Source of the DNA: Candidatus Latescibacterota bacterium
GTDB lineage: Bacteria > Latescibacterota > UBA2968 > GCA-2709665
Length of the DNA: 64,000 nt
Reading direction: 5' to 3'
NCBI GenBank assembly: GCA_965219995.1
Contig: CBDCOX010000002.1
Coordinates: 2,688,001 to 2,752,000, forward strand
How positions within the stretch are numbered: the stretch's first letter is position 1; each line of letters begins with the position of its first letter. This document shows positions 38,973 to 48,676 of the stretch, piece after piece. The translations under genes were made by a program, and so were the position numbers. The notes beneath the pieces were generated by a model. It saw only the letters and a program-made list of their open reading frames with translations. It ran no database searches and had not been told where the DNA came from.

Positions 38973-40097
38973 GTGCCATTATCTGTAATTCCCAAGGGTC
39001 GTCTCTCGTTTCGGTCCGTTGGCCGGCTGGGCTGGGCCTGCATTCGCATCTCGGCCGGCGTCGCCGTCGTCGTCGTACCGTTCGGCTACGCGATCACCGG
39101 CGTCCACAAGGACGTCCTGATGGGGGCCGGTTCCGGGCTCGCGTTCGGCATCGGCGTGGGACTGCGCACCGGTCTGTCTTCGGGCATCCTGATCGGTTCG
39201 GTTGCCGGGCTGATTACCGCGCTGTTGGCCGGTCTGATCCCGCAGGACGGGACGCTTTTCATCGTTCCGCCGGTCGTTGCGCTCGCCGTCGGTCTGATCG
39301 ACGGCATTGCTCCGGCGGTCCACGGCGGATACCGCCGGGCCGTGCTCGAGTCCCTGACGATGTCCGTCCTGCTCGGAGTGGGTCTGCTTCCCGGGCTGGG
39401 TCACGCCGGACTGATATCCTCCCTTATGGTCATGCCGCCCACCGCCCTGATCGCGGGCTCGTACGGACAGATCGCCGCCAGGCGTCCTTTCCGCCCGCCC
39501 GTGTTGCTGATACTTGGATCCGTGGCGATGTGGGTCTCCGTGATCCTCCTGGCGGCGCACGAGTTCGAGAAGGCCGCTGTCCGGATCAATAACGTCCCCG
39601 TCAACCCGGTCCTGATCTCCACGTTCTATATCGTTGTGTGCATGCTTATCGTACCCGTCGTCACGTTCCTGGCGGGACGGGCGGCCGCCGTATGGGTCAA
39701 GCCGCGGCTCCGGGTCTACGCACAGCTCACCGAATACCTGAGGGTGATGTGGGTGCCCATCGGGAGCTTTGCGATCGGCTATCTGACGCTGATCGTCCTG
39801 TTCGCCGGATTCTACGGCATGCTGGGGCGGTTCAGCCAGGACGCGTTCACGGGCGACGGGAACGCCACCGGCGTCGTCGACTGGATGACGTTCGCGTTCT
39901 TTACCGCGCTGGCCAGGGATTACTCGGAGATCATCCCGGTATCGGTCAGTGCGCGGGCGCTGGTCGGCGGCCACCTGATCCTTTCGATCGGGTGGGGTCT
40001 CGTCGTGTTCGCGGCCGTGATGTCGTACCTCCAGCCGCAGATCGAGCGGATCGCAAGACAGGTGGAACCGGACGACGGCGACCGCGGGGACGCCTGA
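38973..40097 (+). CDS. Polytopic membrane protein with C-terminal two-TM ion-channel-like (Ion_trans_2-like) module
   Basis: GTG after AGGAG; multiple Gly/Leu-rich TMs; FAGFY...F...DWMTFAFFTALARDYSEIIPVS..ARAL. Confidence 0.65.
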   Translation: MPLSVIPKGRLSFRSVGRLGWACIRISAGVAVVVVPFGYAITGVHKDVLMGAGSGLAFGIGVGLRTGLSSGILIGSVAGLITALLAGLIPQDGTLFIVPPVVALAVGLIDGIAPAVHGGYRRAVLESLTMSVLLGVGLLPGLGHAGLISSLMVMPPTALIAGSYGQIAARRPFRPPVLLILGSVAMWVSVILLAAHEFEKAAVRINNVPVNPVLISTFYIVVCMLIVPVVTFLAGRAAAVWVKPRLRVYAQLTEYLRVMWVPIGSFAIGYLTLIVLFAGFYGMLGRFSQDAFTGDGNATGVVDWMTFAFFTALARDYSEIIPVSVSARALVGGHLILSIGWGLVVFAAVMSYLQPQIERIARQVEPDDGDRGDA

Positions 40098-40129
40098 CGC
40101 GTCCGTAAAGACAGATACGGAGGACGAAA

Positions 40130-42562
40130 ATGTTGAAATTAAAGATCTTGCAGGCCGCGGTCAATCGTGTGCGGCTGGGAGTGGACCTTGCAGGTCAGAC
40201 GGGTGCCCGCATATACAGATCGCGCCGCGCGGCGGGGCCCTATGAAGAGGTCGGGGTTGCGTTCGAGGAGACGTACGACGATACGGTGCACCTGGAACCG
40301 GGAAAGACCTGTTACTATCTCGCGGCGGAATGGCGGGCCCCCAGCCTGATTCCGGAAACGAACAGCCTCAAGGGGGGCGACCCGCTACGGGTTGCGGTAC
40401 CCCGTGCGCAGAATGAGCGGAGTTTGGTGCTGACGGAAAAGCGTGAGGAATTCACGATTTCCATGGGCGGGCACCTGGACGAATCCAATACGGTTACGGT
40501 GGGCCCGGAAGTCTACTGTCCCGGCCCGAATTCGAGCATGCCGCCCTACGACCAGGCCTTCGAGCCCAACCAGTACGTGGTCATCGAGAACCTGGGAGAG
40601 ACCGACGTGGAGAACCCGTGGGTGGTGGCCAACGGGCAGCGGGACTGGTGGTCGGCGGAAACGATGACGAAAGAGATCGCCGGCATCGCCGGGGGCGGCC
40701 GGCTGGACGACCGGGACAAGATGATGGCGATCTGGAAATTCGTCGTCGACGAGCTCTACGACAGCCGGATCGGACTGTCCTGGTTCGATCAGACCAGCGA
40801 CCCCGTCAGGCTCTTCAATGTCTACGGGTTCGAGGGATGCGTCGCCAACGCGATCACGAGCCGCCGCCTCGCCGAACAGATGGGCGTGAAGAGCCGGGAG
40901 ATCTGGCTGGGCGGCACCATCGACGGATACGGGCGCGGGCGCAGTTGCGGGCACGATATCTTCGAGGCGTTCGCGGACGGGGACTGGCACTTTCTGGACA
41001 CGGACCTGATGGTGTTCTTCCTCAAACGGGACAACAGGACGGTTGCCGGCTCCGAGGACTTTTCCCGGGATATCGACCTGCTGCGCCGCTCCCACCGCAA
41101 CCTGGGCCTGTGCGGGCGAGACCTGCCCGAGAAGGACTATTACTACACGCCCTTCCGGGAGGGTCAGTACGTGTATCCCCCCAACAAGGGCGGCGCGTGG
41201 ATGGACGCCGCGGGGAAGATAAAACAGACGCCGGGCGAATACCCGCCGGCGCAGACGATGGCGCTGCGGCTGCGGCCTTGGGAAAAGCTCATCCGCTACT
41301 GGGACAACGTCGGAAAGAACGTAATCAGGGGGAAACGGCTGTATCCGACGGTAAGATATTCCAACGGAAAACTGGCATACCGGCCCGACCTTCGCGACCC
41401 GCTTGCATTGAACGGGACCGAATCGGCGATCAATGTCGCGCAGGAGACTTCGGGGAGACGCGTTGCGCTGCATCCGGAAAAGAAGGGCGAAGTTTCGGAG
41501 GTGGTGTGGCGGGTGGCGTCGCCCTACGCGATCGCCGGTGCCCGGCTGGGTATCCGGTGTCGATGCGACACGCAGGAAGATGGTCTGGAAGTCCTGTTTT
41601 CCAAAGATGGCGAAGACTGGCGGTCCTTGTGGGTCGCCATCGGACGCCGGCTTGACGCCTGCGTGGACCTGGACTGGTACCTGAATCCCGCGCTGAACGA
41701 CTGGCGCGGGGAGACCGACCTCGGTTGGCGTATGGGGCCCTGTTATCAGTACTACATCAAGGTCGCCATGTGGGCCGGCTCCCGGCCACACGGTGTAGGT
41801 CTGGATGCGATCCGTTTCGATACGGATATCCAGTGCGCCACGCGGTCTCTGCCGTCGCTGTTCTGCGGCGACAATACGATCGCCTATCGGGACGACACTC
41901 CGGGGCAGCGGAAGGTCCGCGTGACGTACGGATGGCGCGAGGAGCGGTCGATCCATCCGCCCGGTGCGCCCGTGTTGATGTACCCTGACGATTGCGCCGA
42001 CGTCGACCGGCTGGATTTCGAATTCCGGTGGAAACGCCCGCGCGGGGGCAGCGGACAGGTGGACGATTACCATATCCAGGTCAGCCGATACGCGGATTTC
42101 AGATGGTGCGTGTGCCCCGCGTTCGACCGGTACGTTGGAAGGACCGCTTACGCGGGCGGGACGAAATGGCAGGCGGAGTTTCCCAATCTGCTGAATCCGG
42201 ACGACGTCTATTACTGGCGCGCGCGTGCGCGGAACGAAAAGGGCGTGTGGGGAGAATGGAGTGAAACGCGTTCGTTCGTGCCCCACGGTCCGTGTCTGCC
42301 GGTGGACCTCAGGGTGGAGGGCCGGGGCCGAAGACGATCGCTGGTGTGGTCCGCAAACGAGAACGGGAACCCGGCGGTGCGCTATCGGGTTCACGGGTGC
42401 ACCGAGCCCGGCGGATTCTCCGCGACGGATGAGAATCTGCTGTGTTCCGTCGATAAAGCCCGCTGGCCGCTGGACGACGCGGAGAAGGGGATGTCCTATC
42501 GGGTCGTGGCGGTGGATGCCGGCGGCGTCCCGAGTACGCCGTCTGAATATATCACGGTTTGA
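40130..42562 (+). CDS. Hypothetical protein with transglutaminase-like core and FN3-like domains
   Basis: 810 aa; YG..GC, GH.I.E, WHFLD candidate triad; YYWRARA...G.WGEWS FN3-like motif. Confidence 0.65.
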   Translation: MLKLKILQAAVNRVRLGVDLAGQTGARIYRSRRAAGPYEEVGVAFEETYDDTVHLEPGKTCYYLAAEWRAPSLIPETNSLKGGDPLRVAVPRAQNERSLVLTEKREEFTISMGGHLDESNTVTVGPEVYCPGPNSSMPPYDQAFEPNQYVVIENLGETDVENPWVVANGQRDWWSAETMTKEIAGIAGGGRLDDRDKMMAIWKFVVDELYDSRIGLSWFDQTSDPVRLFNVYGFEGCVANAITSRRLAEQMGVKSREIWLGGTIDGYGRGRSCGHDIFEAFADGDWHFLDTDLMVFFLKRDNRTVAGSEDFSRDIDLLRRSHRNLGLCGRDLPEKDYYYTPFREGQYVYPPNKGGAWMDAAGKIKQTPGEYPPAQTMALRLRPWEKLIRYWDNVGKNVIRGKRLYPTVRYSNGKLAYRPDLRDPLALNGTESAINVAQETSGRRVALHPEKKGEVSEVVWRVASPYAIAGARLGIRCRCDTQEDGLEVLFSKDGEDWRSLWVAIGRRLDACVDLDWYLNPALNDWRGETDLGWRMGPCYQYYIKVAMWAGSRPHGVGLDAIRFDTDIQCATRSLPSLFCGDNTIAYRDDTPGQRKVRVTYGWREERSIHPPGAPVLMYPDDCADVDRLDFEFRWKRPRGGSGQVDDYHIQVSRYADFRWCVCPAFDRYVGRTAYAGGTKWQAEFPNLLNPDDVYYWRARARNEKGVWGEWSETRSFVPHGPCLPVDLRVEGRGRRRSLVWSANENGNPAVRYRVHGCTEPGGFSATDENLLCSVDKARWPLDDAEKGMSYRVVAVDAGGVPSTPSEYITV

Positions 42563-42617
42563 GCGCCAAGAAAGTTGCGCGCTGGAGGCCGTTTCAATTG
42601 CTTTACGGGGGTGGTCT

Positions 42618-43667
42618 ATGTCCGAACGTGAATACAGCGGGGTTATCGTGGGTCTGACGGGAATCGGGGCCGGGCGTCCGGCCGAAGCCAAGGGCCTGCC
42701 GTTATATGGCACGATGCCGATGTCGCATGCCTCGGCCTATTACCGATGTCCTCAGACCCGGCTGACCGCTGTGTGCGACCTGCGTGAGGAGGCTCTGGAG
42801 AGTTTCCGGGAGAACTGGAACGACGTGTGGCCGGAAATGCGTTACTACGTGGATTATCGGGAGATGTTCGAGGCGGAAAACCCCGATCTGGTGAGCGTCG
42901 CGACGTCCGACCACTTCCACGCGGATATCGTGGTGGATGCGGCCGAGCGCGGTACGGCCGCGATTCTCTGCGAAAAACCGCTTGCGACAACGCTCGAGGA
43001 CGCCGACAGGATGATCGCCGCAGCCGAAGCGAACGGGACCGTTCTCTCGGTAGATCATTCCCGGCGGTGGTATCCGCATTACCTCAAGGCCCGCGAGATC
43101 GTGCGAAGCGGCGAGATCGGACCGCTGCGCACCATCGGGTGCGAGATGTTCGGCCTGCGTTCGATGTTGTTTCGCAACGGGACCCACGCCCTGGATACGG
43201 TCTGTTTTTTTGCAGACGGAGACCCCCTGTGGCTGGTGGCGGACCTGGAGGACGGGTTCGAACATTTCACCGAGTATCGGGGAGGCGGAGGAAAGGATGC
43301 CGCGAGCGATCCGTATGCCTCGGCCTATATCCGGTTCGGGAACGGCGTCAGGGCTTTTTTCAACTCCTTCAAGACGGCTTTTCCCGGTTGGCGGTTCGTT
43401 CTGACGTGCGAGGACGGGCGGGTGGAAGCAACCGATAAGACGGCCAGGCTGATCCGCGGCGCATCGTTCGAGACCTCGGAGATCGTCCCGCAGCATTACA
43501 TGCTGCATTCCAAGGGCGCGCTGGTGGCGGAGCTGGTGCATCTGCTGGAACACGGCGGCGACCCGGTTTCGCCGGCGCGGGAGGCGCGGAAATCACTGGA
43601 GGTCATCCTGGGCATCCTGAAGTCGCACCACGCGGGCAACACCCGGGTCGACTTCCCCCTGTCCTGA
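42618..43667 (+). CDS. Gfo/Idh/MocA family oxidoreductase
   Basis: IVGLTGIG, CEKPLA, DHSRRW, NGTHALD. Confidence 0.9.
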   Translation: MSEREYSGVIVGLTGIGAGRPAEAKGLPLYGTMPMSHASAYYRCPQTRLTAVCDLREEALESFRENWNDVWPEMRYYVDYREMFEAENPDLVSVATSDHFHADIVVDAAERGTAAILCEKPLATTLEDADRMIAAAEANGTVLSVDHSRRWYPHYLKAREIVRSGEIGPLRTIGCEMFGLRSMLFRNGTHALDTVCFFADGDPLWLVADLEDGFEHFTEYRGGGGKDAASDPYASAYIRFGNGVRAFFNSFKTAFPGWRFVLTCEDGRVEATDKTARLIRGASFETSEIVPQHYMLHSKGALVAELVHLLEHGGDPVSPAREARKSLEVILGILKSHHAGNTRVDFPLS

Positions 43668-43679
43668 GGAGGACGCCAC

Positions 43680-44975
43680 ATGAAAATCGTCGATCCCGCC
43701 GCGGTCTGGGACGTGCGCCCCTGGGGCTGCCCGGCGTTCACGATCCGTGACTTCAACGGAGACGGGAAGAACGAAGTCCTGTTCGTGCAGAACGCGGGCG
43801 CGCACGCCAACGAGGCGTTCGATCCGCGGTTCAAAGACGTGCAGGGGTACAAGACCGGCGTGGAAGACCAGGAGCTCTTCTGCCTGACGCTTACAGACGG
43901 CGAGGGTCGGATTCTCTGGCAGGTGGGAGAGCCCTGGGCGCTGGAACGGCCCTTTTCCTGGAACGGGAGCAATTTCTGCGAGGTGGTGGACCTCGACGGA
44001 GACGGGCAGATCGAAATCATGATCATCTACAAGGCCGAACTGCTGGTCTACAAAGGCGCCACCGGCGAATTGTGCAACCGGCATGAACTGCCCCATTCGG
44101 GGTTCTATTACTCGCGGGCGGTGCGAACCGATCGCTCCGGAAGGTATCACATCTTTACGAAAAGCGTCACGTCTTCCGCCACGCATGGGTACGGCAATCC
44201 CAGCCTGCTGCTGGACCATAACTTCAACGTGGTCTGGGAAAAGGAGGTGGACGGCGCCGGGCATGGCGGCGACTATGCCGACGTGGACGGCGACGGGCTG
44301 GACGAACTGCTGATCGGCTTCAGCCTGTTCGACCACGACGGCAGTCCCCTCTGGTCGCATCCCCCGATGTCAGAGAACGACCACCTGGACGATTCGGTGA
44401 TTGCCGATATCGACGGCGACGGACGGTTCGAGTTTGCGCTGGCCCACGATGGGCACGACGCGGTCGTCCACGACTCAGACGGAACGGTGCGGTTTACCGT
44501 TCCGATGAATCACTGCCAGAACATCCTGCCGGGAAGATTCTTCGAAGCCGAGCCGGGGCTTCAGCTCGCCTTTGTGGACAAGGCGCTGGGACGCGCGGAG
44601 GAGCGGGAGGCCGCGATCGTCAATGCCGACGGCCGCGAGTTGTCCCGGCATCGGACGATGGGCTATTACTCGGTCATCGGCTGGTCGACCGACGTTGGCG
44701 AGGACAGCCTGATGCGTCTCGAGTGGCCAACCGAGCCCGAAGCCGACCACCGCGTTTTGTGGGTGGACCCCACCGGCCGGGAACTGGCGCGGCTGAACGT
44801 GCGGGAAAATTTCCACGACCGCTTTCAGAAGTTCGGCCTCGAAGACTATCCCGCCCGCGGCCGCTATTTCGGCACGAGCCATACCGCGGCCATTGGTGAC
44901 ATCGACGGGGATGGACGCGACGAGTTCCTGGTTACGGACCGGGAGAAGGTCTGGGTTTTCGAAAGGCCGCAATAG
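43680..44975 (+). CDS. FG-GAP/VCBS-repeat beta-propeller, rhamnogalacturonan lyase (PL11)-like
   Basis: Five D.(N/D)GDG..E Ca-binding loops; GAGH, DH.D, HCQ motifs; no signal peptide. Confidence 0.65.
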   Translation: MKIVDPAAVWDVRPWGCPAFTIRDFNGDGKNEVLFVQNAGAHANEAFDPRFKDVQGYKTGVEDQELFCLTLTDGEGRILWQVGEPWALERPFSWNGSNFCEVVDLDGDGQIEIMIIYKAELLVYKGATGELCNRHELPHSGFYYSRAVRTDRSGRYHIFTKSVTSSATHGYGNPSLLLDHNFNVVWEKEVDGAGHGGDYADVDGDGLDELLIGFSLFDHDGSPLWSHPPMSENDHLDDSVIADIDGDGRFEFALAHDGHDAVVHDSDGTVRFTVPMNHCQNILPGRFFEAEPGLQLAFVDKALGRAEEREAAIVNADGRELSRHRTMGYYSVIGWSTDVGEDSLMRLEWPTEPEADHRVLWVDPTGRELARLNVRENFHDRFQKFGLEDYPARGRYFGTSHTAAIGDIDGDGRDEFLVTDREKVWVFERPQ

Positions 44976-45161
44976 ACTGGGTTCGGCTTCCGCAATGGGA
45001 GCAGCCGTAGATGCCACATAAAAATAACATTGAAAACTACGAAACACGCGAGATAATCGAAATATCCGTGGCTGAAACCAATTGCCACAAGAGACCTGCA
45101 TGCAGCGCAGGGCACCGCGCAGGCCTGCGCTGGTTGGACGGCGGTTAAGGATACCGCAACA

Positions 45162-45446
45162 ATGCACGCATTAATCGAACAACACCGCGCCGGGATTCTC
45201 GCCCTCGCTGAACGCCACGGAATTGCCGACGTACGTGTGTTCGGGTCCATGGCGAGGGGCGACGCCGATGATTCCGGTGACGTCGATCTGCTGGTGTCGT
45301 TGCCGCCTGAAAAAACGGGCCTCGCGCTCGGCGCGCTGTTGATGGACGTGCAGGACCTTCTGCAACGCCGCGTGGACGTCGTCACTGAGAAGAGCCTTCA
45401 CCCGGCCCTCCGCGAGCGCGTTCTGACCGAGGCGCAGCCGTTATGA
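45162..45446 (+). CDS. Minimal nucleotidyltransferase (MntA-type antitoxin)
   Basis: VFGSMARG..D..DVDLLV, L.RRVDVVT. Confidence 0.92.
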   Translation: MHALIEQHRAGILALAERHGIADVRVFGSMARGDADDSGDVDLLVSLPPEKTGLALGALLMDVQDLLQRRVDVVTEKSLHPALRERVLTEAQPL

Positions 45447-45607
45447 AACCCGACGCGCAGTCGGATAGAGTATTGCTGGAACACATTGGCGAGTGCATTG
45501 AACGCATTCGGGAATACACCGGCAGCAGGCGAGCTTCGTTCTACGGTTCACCTTGGAGTCCGAAACCGGGTGTAACCCTCACAGGAGCAATTGGGAAAGC
45601 AACGTAG
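45443..45607 (+). pseudogene. Truncated HEPN/DUF86 (HepT-like) toxin
   Basis: ATGA overlap; MKPDAQSDRVLLEHIGECIERIREYTGSRRASFYGS resembles the DUF86 N-terminus, then unrelated sequence and a stop after 54 aa; no RxxxxH. Confidence 0.78.
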
Positions 45608-45723
45608 GAATTTTGATGGACGAAGCGTTCGGGAAGAATGTCATCACAAAGTCGGAGGAGTCATGATTCTGAAGGGGAACTGGCGAGTTCCTCGAAGTAC
45701 GTCTCCACCTGAAAGAGACAAAT

Positions 45724-46032
45724 GTGAAAACGATCGAACAGGTTCGGACTCAACTCACCACAGGCGATTTTGACTTTTCTCGCCACGCCTTCAAGCGAGC
45801 GGTTGAAAGAAACATCAGCGAGCAGGAGATCAGACAGGCAGGATCGCAGGCAACAATCATTGAGGAATATCCTGGCGATAAGTACGCCCCGAGTTGCCGG
45901 CTTTTGGGTTTCACCCAATCGGGAAGACCTCTGCACGTCCACGTTTCGCTTGCCGACACGGAGGAAGTGAGAATCGTCACCCTATATGAGCCAAATCCGA
46001 ATTTATGGATCGAATACTCCAGGAGGAGGTGA
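45724..46032 (+). CDS. DUF4258 family putative toxin
   Basis: FSRHA..R..ER.I, IIEEYP.DKY.PS..LLG...GRPLHV, IVTLYEP...W. Confidence 0.88.
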   Translation: MKTIEQVRTQLTTGDFDFSRHAFKRAVERNISEQEIRQAGSQATIIEEYPGDKYAPSCRLLGFTQSGRPLHVHVSLADTEEVRIVTLYEPNPNLWIEYSRRR

Positions 46033-46034
46033 GT

Positions 46035-46265
46035 ATGTTTACATGCCCGGTCTGCCATTCACAGGAAAGCCGTGAGGAGCTGGTCGACGAGGTGTTTCGC
46101 GTTGATGGGCGTTATGCCCTGGTCGGGGGCATTCCGGCTGTCGTGTGCGTCCGGTGCGGCGAGCAGGCCTTTCGTCGCGAGACGACTGAGAAGGTGCGAC
46201 TGATGGTCCATGGGGAGGCTGAAGCAACAACGTCCATACCCATGCAGGTCTTCGACTTCGCCTGA
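46035..46265 (+). CDS. YgiT-type (MqsA N-terminal-like) zinc-finger protein, putative antitoxin
   Basis: CPVC ... IPA.VC..CGE; follows DUF4258; strong AGGAGG RBS. Confidence 0.88.
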   Translation: MFTCPVCHSQESREELVDEVFRVDGRYALVGGIPAVVCVRCGEQAFRRETTEKVRLMVHGEAEATTSIPMQVFDFA

Positions 46266-46328
46266 TGGGTTTAGGCTGCCAACGGGCCGTCGCCTGGAGA
46301 TTTTCGGCCTGGGCATTGACGCGGTGAA

Positions 46329-46415
46329 TGAGCCTGTCGAAGGGTCGGCGAAGGGATGTCGATCGGGCCTGTACGGATATTGAAACGCGGGCAGCACCGG
46401 CATTGACCACGTTTC
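46329..46415. repeat. REP-like composite element, degenerate copy 3
   Basis: TGAGCCTGTCGAAGGGTCGGCGAAGG matches 9427-9452 with one mismatch; TGACCACGTTT matches 9506-9516. Confidence 0.7.
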
Positions 46416-46475
46416 AGCGAGACGGGAAGGATCGGCGGGAGATTGGTGAGGTTTTCCTGACAGAGGCCACATCGT

Positions 46476-47093
46476 TCAGTCGAAATACTCGTCCTCGCTG
46501 AATTTCGTCCACGACCTGAAAACAGGAAACGGCAGCGGAAGGACGCCGTCCGGATCGTTTATCTTGAAGGAAATCTTTCCGTCGTCGAAAAGATCCCGGA
46601 TCGAGACGGAAACACCCGAGGTTCCAATACAGTTATCGCACTTCTCGGGGAAGGTCTGCGCCGAATTCGGCGAGACGAAGTAGATCTTGAATTCCGATCC
46701 ATTGCCTGACTTTTCAATTCGATAGTCTTTGGCCCCGACCTCCCACTCGTTGACGGCATGGCCGTCCCTGGCGTACTGGGCCCAGACGCTGAACCCGCCG
46801 TTGAAATCGACTATGATGCCCTTTCTCGGGCTCGCGTCTCTGGAAGGCTCGAACTGGCGAAACGAACGCCCGTTCATCGTTGTCTTTATTCGTTCTTCTT
46901 CATCGCCGCTTACCGGTTCAAACGGCCCGTTCTGCCCGCATGACGTCGTGAACAACAAAATAGACAGCGAAGCCAACAGCGCAATCCAACCACGATTCCA
47001 ACCTTCGACCCGCTTGACGGTGGGCGTCGCACCGCGGTTCCCGGCAACGCTTGCTTCGTGAGTCACACGGACTCTTTCGGATTCGATCGGCAT
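46476..47093 (-). CDS. Hypothetical lipoprotein
   Basis: AAGGAGG RBS; hydrophobic stretch ending in lipobox-like TTSC; CDNC motif. Confidence 0.6.
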   Translation of the reverse strand: MPIESERVRVTHEASVAGNRGATPTVKRVEGWNRGWIALLASLSILLFTTSCGQNGPFEPVSGDEEERIKTTMNGRSFRQFEPSRDASPRKGIIVDFNGGFSVWAQYARDGHAVNEWEVGAKDYRIEKSGNGSEFKIYFVSPNSAQTFPEKCDNCIGTSGVSVSIRDLFDDGKISFKINDPDGVLPLPFPVFRSWTKFSEDEYFD

Positions 47094-47259
47094 GATTGCC
47101 TCCTTGATTGGATCCTGTGTCGATCGTGCAGATCCGGACGCCGTAGATACGTCGCATCTCGAACCTCGCGAGGGAAATTTACCCAAATGCAGGACCGGGT
47201 TCAACCCGCGGCCCCGAACTCGCCCGTGCCGCCATATTTCCTGATCGGATGACAAACCC

Positions 47260-48669
47260 ATGACTCCTGAATTTATCCTGAACAAGGTCTGCGATTCGAT
47301 CGACGCGCTGGTTGAGGCGGGAAAGCCCTACGGCGGTCTGTTCCCGTCCATGCTGGATCTGGAAACGCACCGGATGTTGATGGAAATGCCCCCGCCCATT
47401 CATGGACAGCGCATGGGCGACCGCGCGTTCCTTGGCAGCAATCTCATGCACGACCAGCACGCGCTCAAGATCATGTACGCCCTGGACCGCGAGGGTTACC
47501 GGGATGCGGCTGACAGGTACCTGAACCGGTTCGCGACCCATTGCACGGACACGGTTACCGGCCTGTTCCCTTGGGGCGAACACGCGTACTGGCACCTCGT
47601 CGAGGACCGCGTGGGCGACAGCCATCGGCTGGCTCTTCCGGACAAGGAGCCCGGAACCACGCTGCACGACCACCTGCGGCAGGCGCCCGTCTGGCTGTGG
47701 GAAAAGCTGCACGAATTCAATCCACGGTGTGTCGAGCGGTTTGCCGAAGGGCTGGACTACCACTACAAGGACGGGGAGCCGAGGGAGTACATCCGTCACG
47801 CCCACATCGAGCGCAAGGAACGCCTCGAACGCGGACCGGCGTCCTCGGACTTCCCGCGTCACGGCGGGTTCTACATACTGGACTGGTCGTTTGCCTTCGG
47901 GAATTCGCAGCGCACGGATTTTCTGAGGCAGATCGAGATCATGCTGGACTACTGGTGGCCTCGCCGGGACGCGGCCGGTCTGCTGCTGTCCACGTCGAGG
48001 GGACCTCAGGCCCCGGCGCCGATGCACGACGCGAACACTCCGCCGCAGACCGTCTCTCTTGCGGCCAGTCTGCTGGAGGCCGCCGAACTGCTCGACGAAA
48101 GCGTGCCCGATCTGACCGATAGGATGCGGAAGCGCGCCGGCGTGTATATCGAAGGATTCCTGTCCGCCCCCCACGACCCCGATGCGGGCGTCTTCGTGGC
48201 GGCATGCCGGCGTGAGACGAATGAGGTCGTGAGCACGAACCCCGTCTGGGGAAGCGTATACGGGAATTGGCCGTTTGCTTACGTGGCGCTGATCGCCCTG
48301 TGCATCTACCGGCTGACGGAGGACGAACGGCTTCTGAGGTGGGCGGAGATTGCCGGACGCTGGTACTCGAAAACTCCCTTCCCCGAAGGCGTACCGATCC
48401 CGTCGATGGATGCGGGGCAGGCGGTCGAGTTACTGGCCGACCTCTACGATCTGACCGGTGACGCACATTGGCTGGAACGGGGACTGGAACTTGCCCGGAC
48501 GGTGATTCCCATCTATATGGACCGGGACCTCGTACGGGGCGCGGCGGGTATCGATTGGTACGAGTCCCAGATGGTTCCGGGAGACCTGCTGCACGGGCTG
48601 GCGAGGCTGGCATTGCTCGCCCTGCACGGGGATGCGTGTCCCCTGACAACGAACTATACCGCGAAGTGA
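47260..48669 (+). CDS. (alpha/alpha)-barrel protein, pectate lyase family 2 (PL2)-like
   Basis: SNL.HDQ..L..MYAL, Y..AAD.YL..F, TGLFPWGEH resemble the PL2 N-terminal motifs; no signal peptide. Confidence 0.6.
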   Translation: MTPEFILNKVCDSIDALVEAGKPYGGLFPSMLDLETHRMLMEMPPPIHGQRMGDRAFLGSNLMHDQHALKIMYALDREGYRDAADRYLNRFATHCTDTVTGLFPWGEHAYWHLVEDRVGDSHRLALPDKEPGTTLHDHLRQAPVWLWEKLHEFNPRCVERFAEGLDYHYKDGEPREYIRHAHIERKERLERGPASSDFPRHGGFYILDWSFAFGNSQRTDFLRQIEIMLDYWWPRRDAAGLLLSTSRGPQAPAPMHDANTPPQTVSLAASLLEAAELLDESVPDLTDRMRKRAGVYIEGFLSAPHDPDAGVFVAACRRETNEVVSTNPVWGSVYGNWPFAYVALIALCIYRLTEDERLLRWAEIAGRWYSKTPFPEGVPIPSMDAGQAVELLADLYDLTGDAHWLERGLELARTVIPIYMDRDLVRGAAGIDWYESQMVPGDLLHGLARLALLALHGDACPLTTNYTAK

Positions 48670-48676
48670 GAATGAC

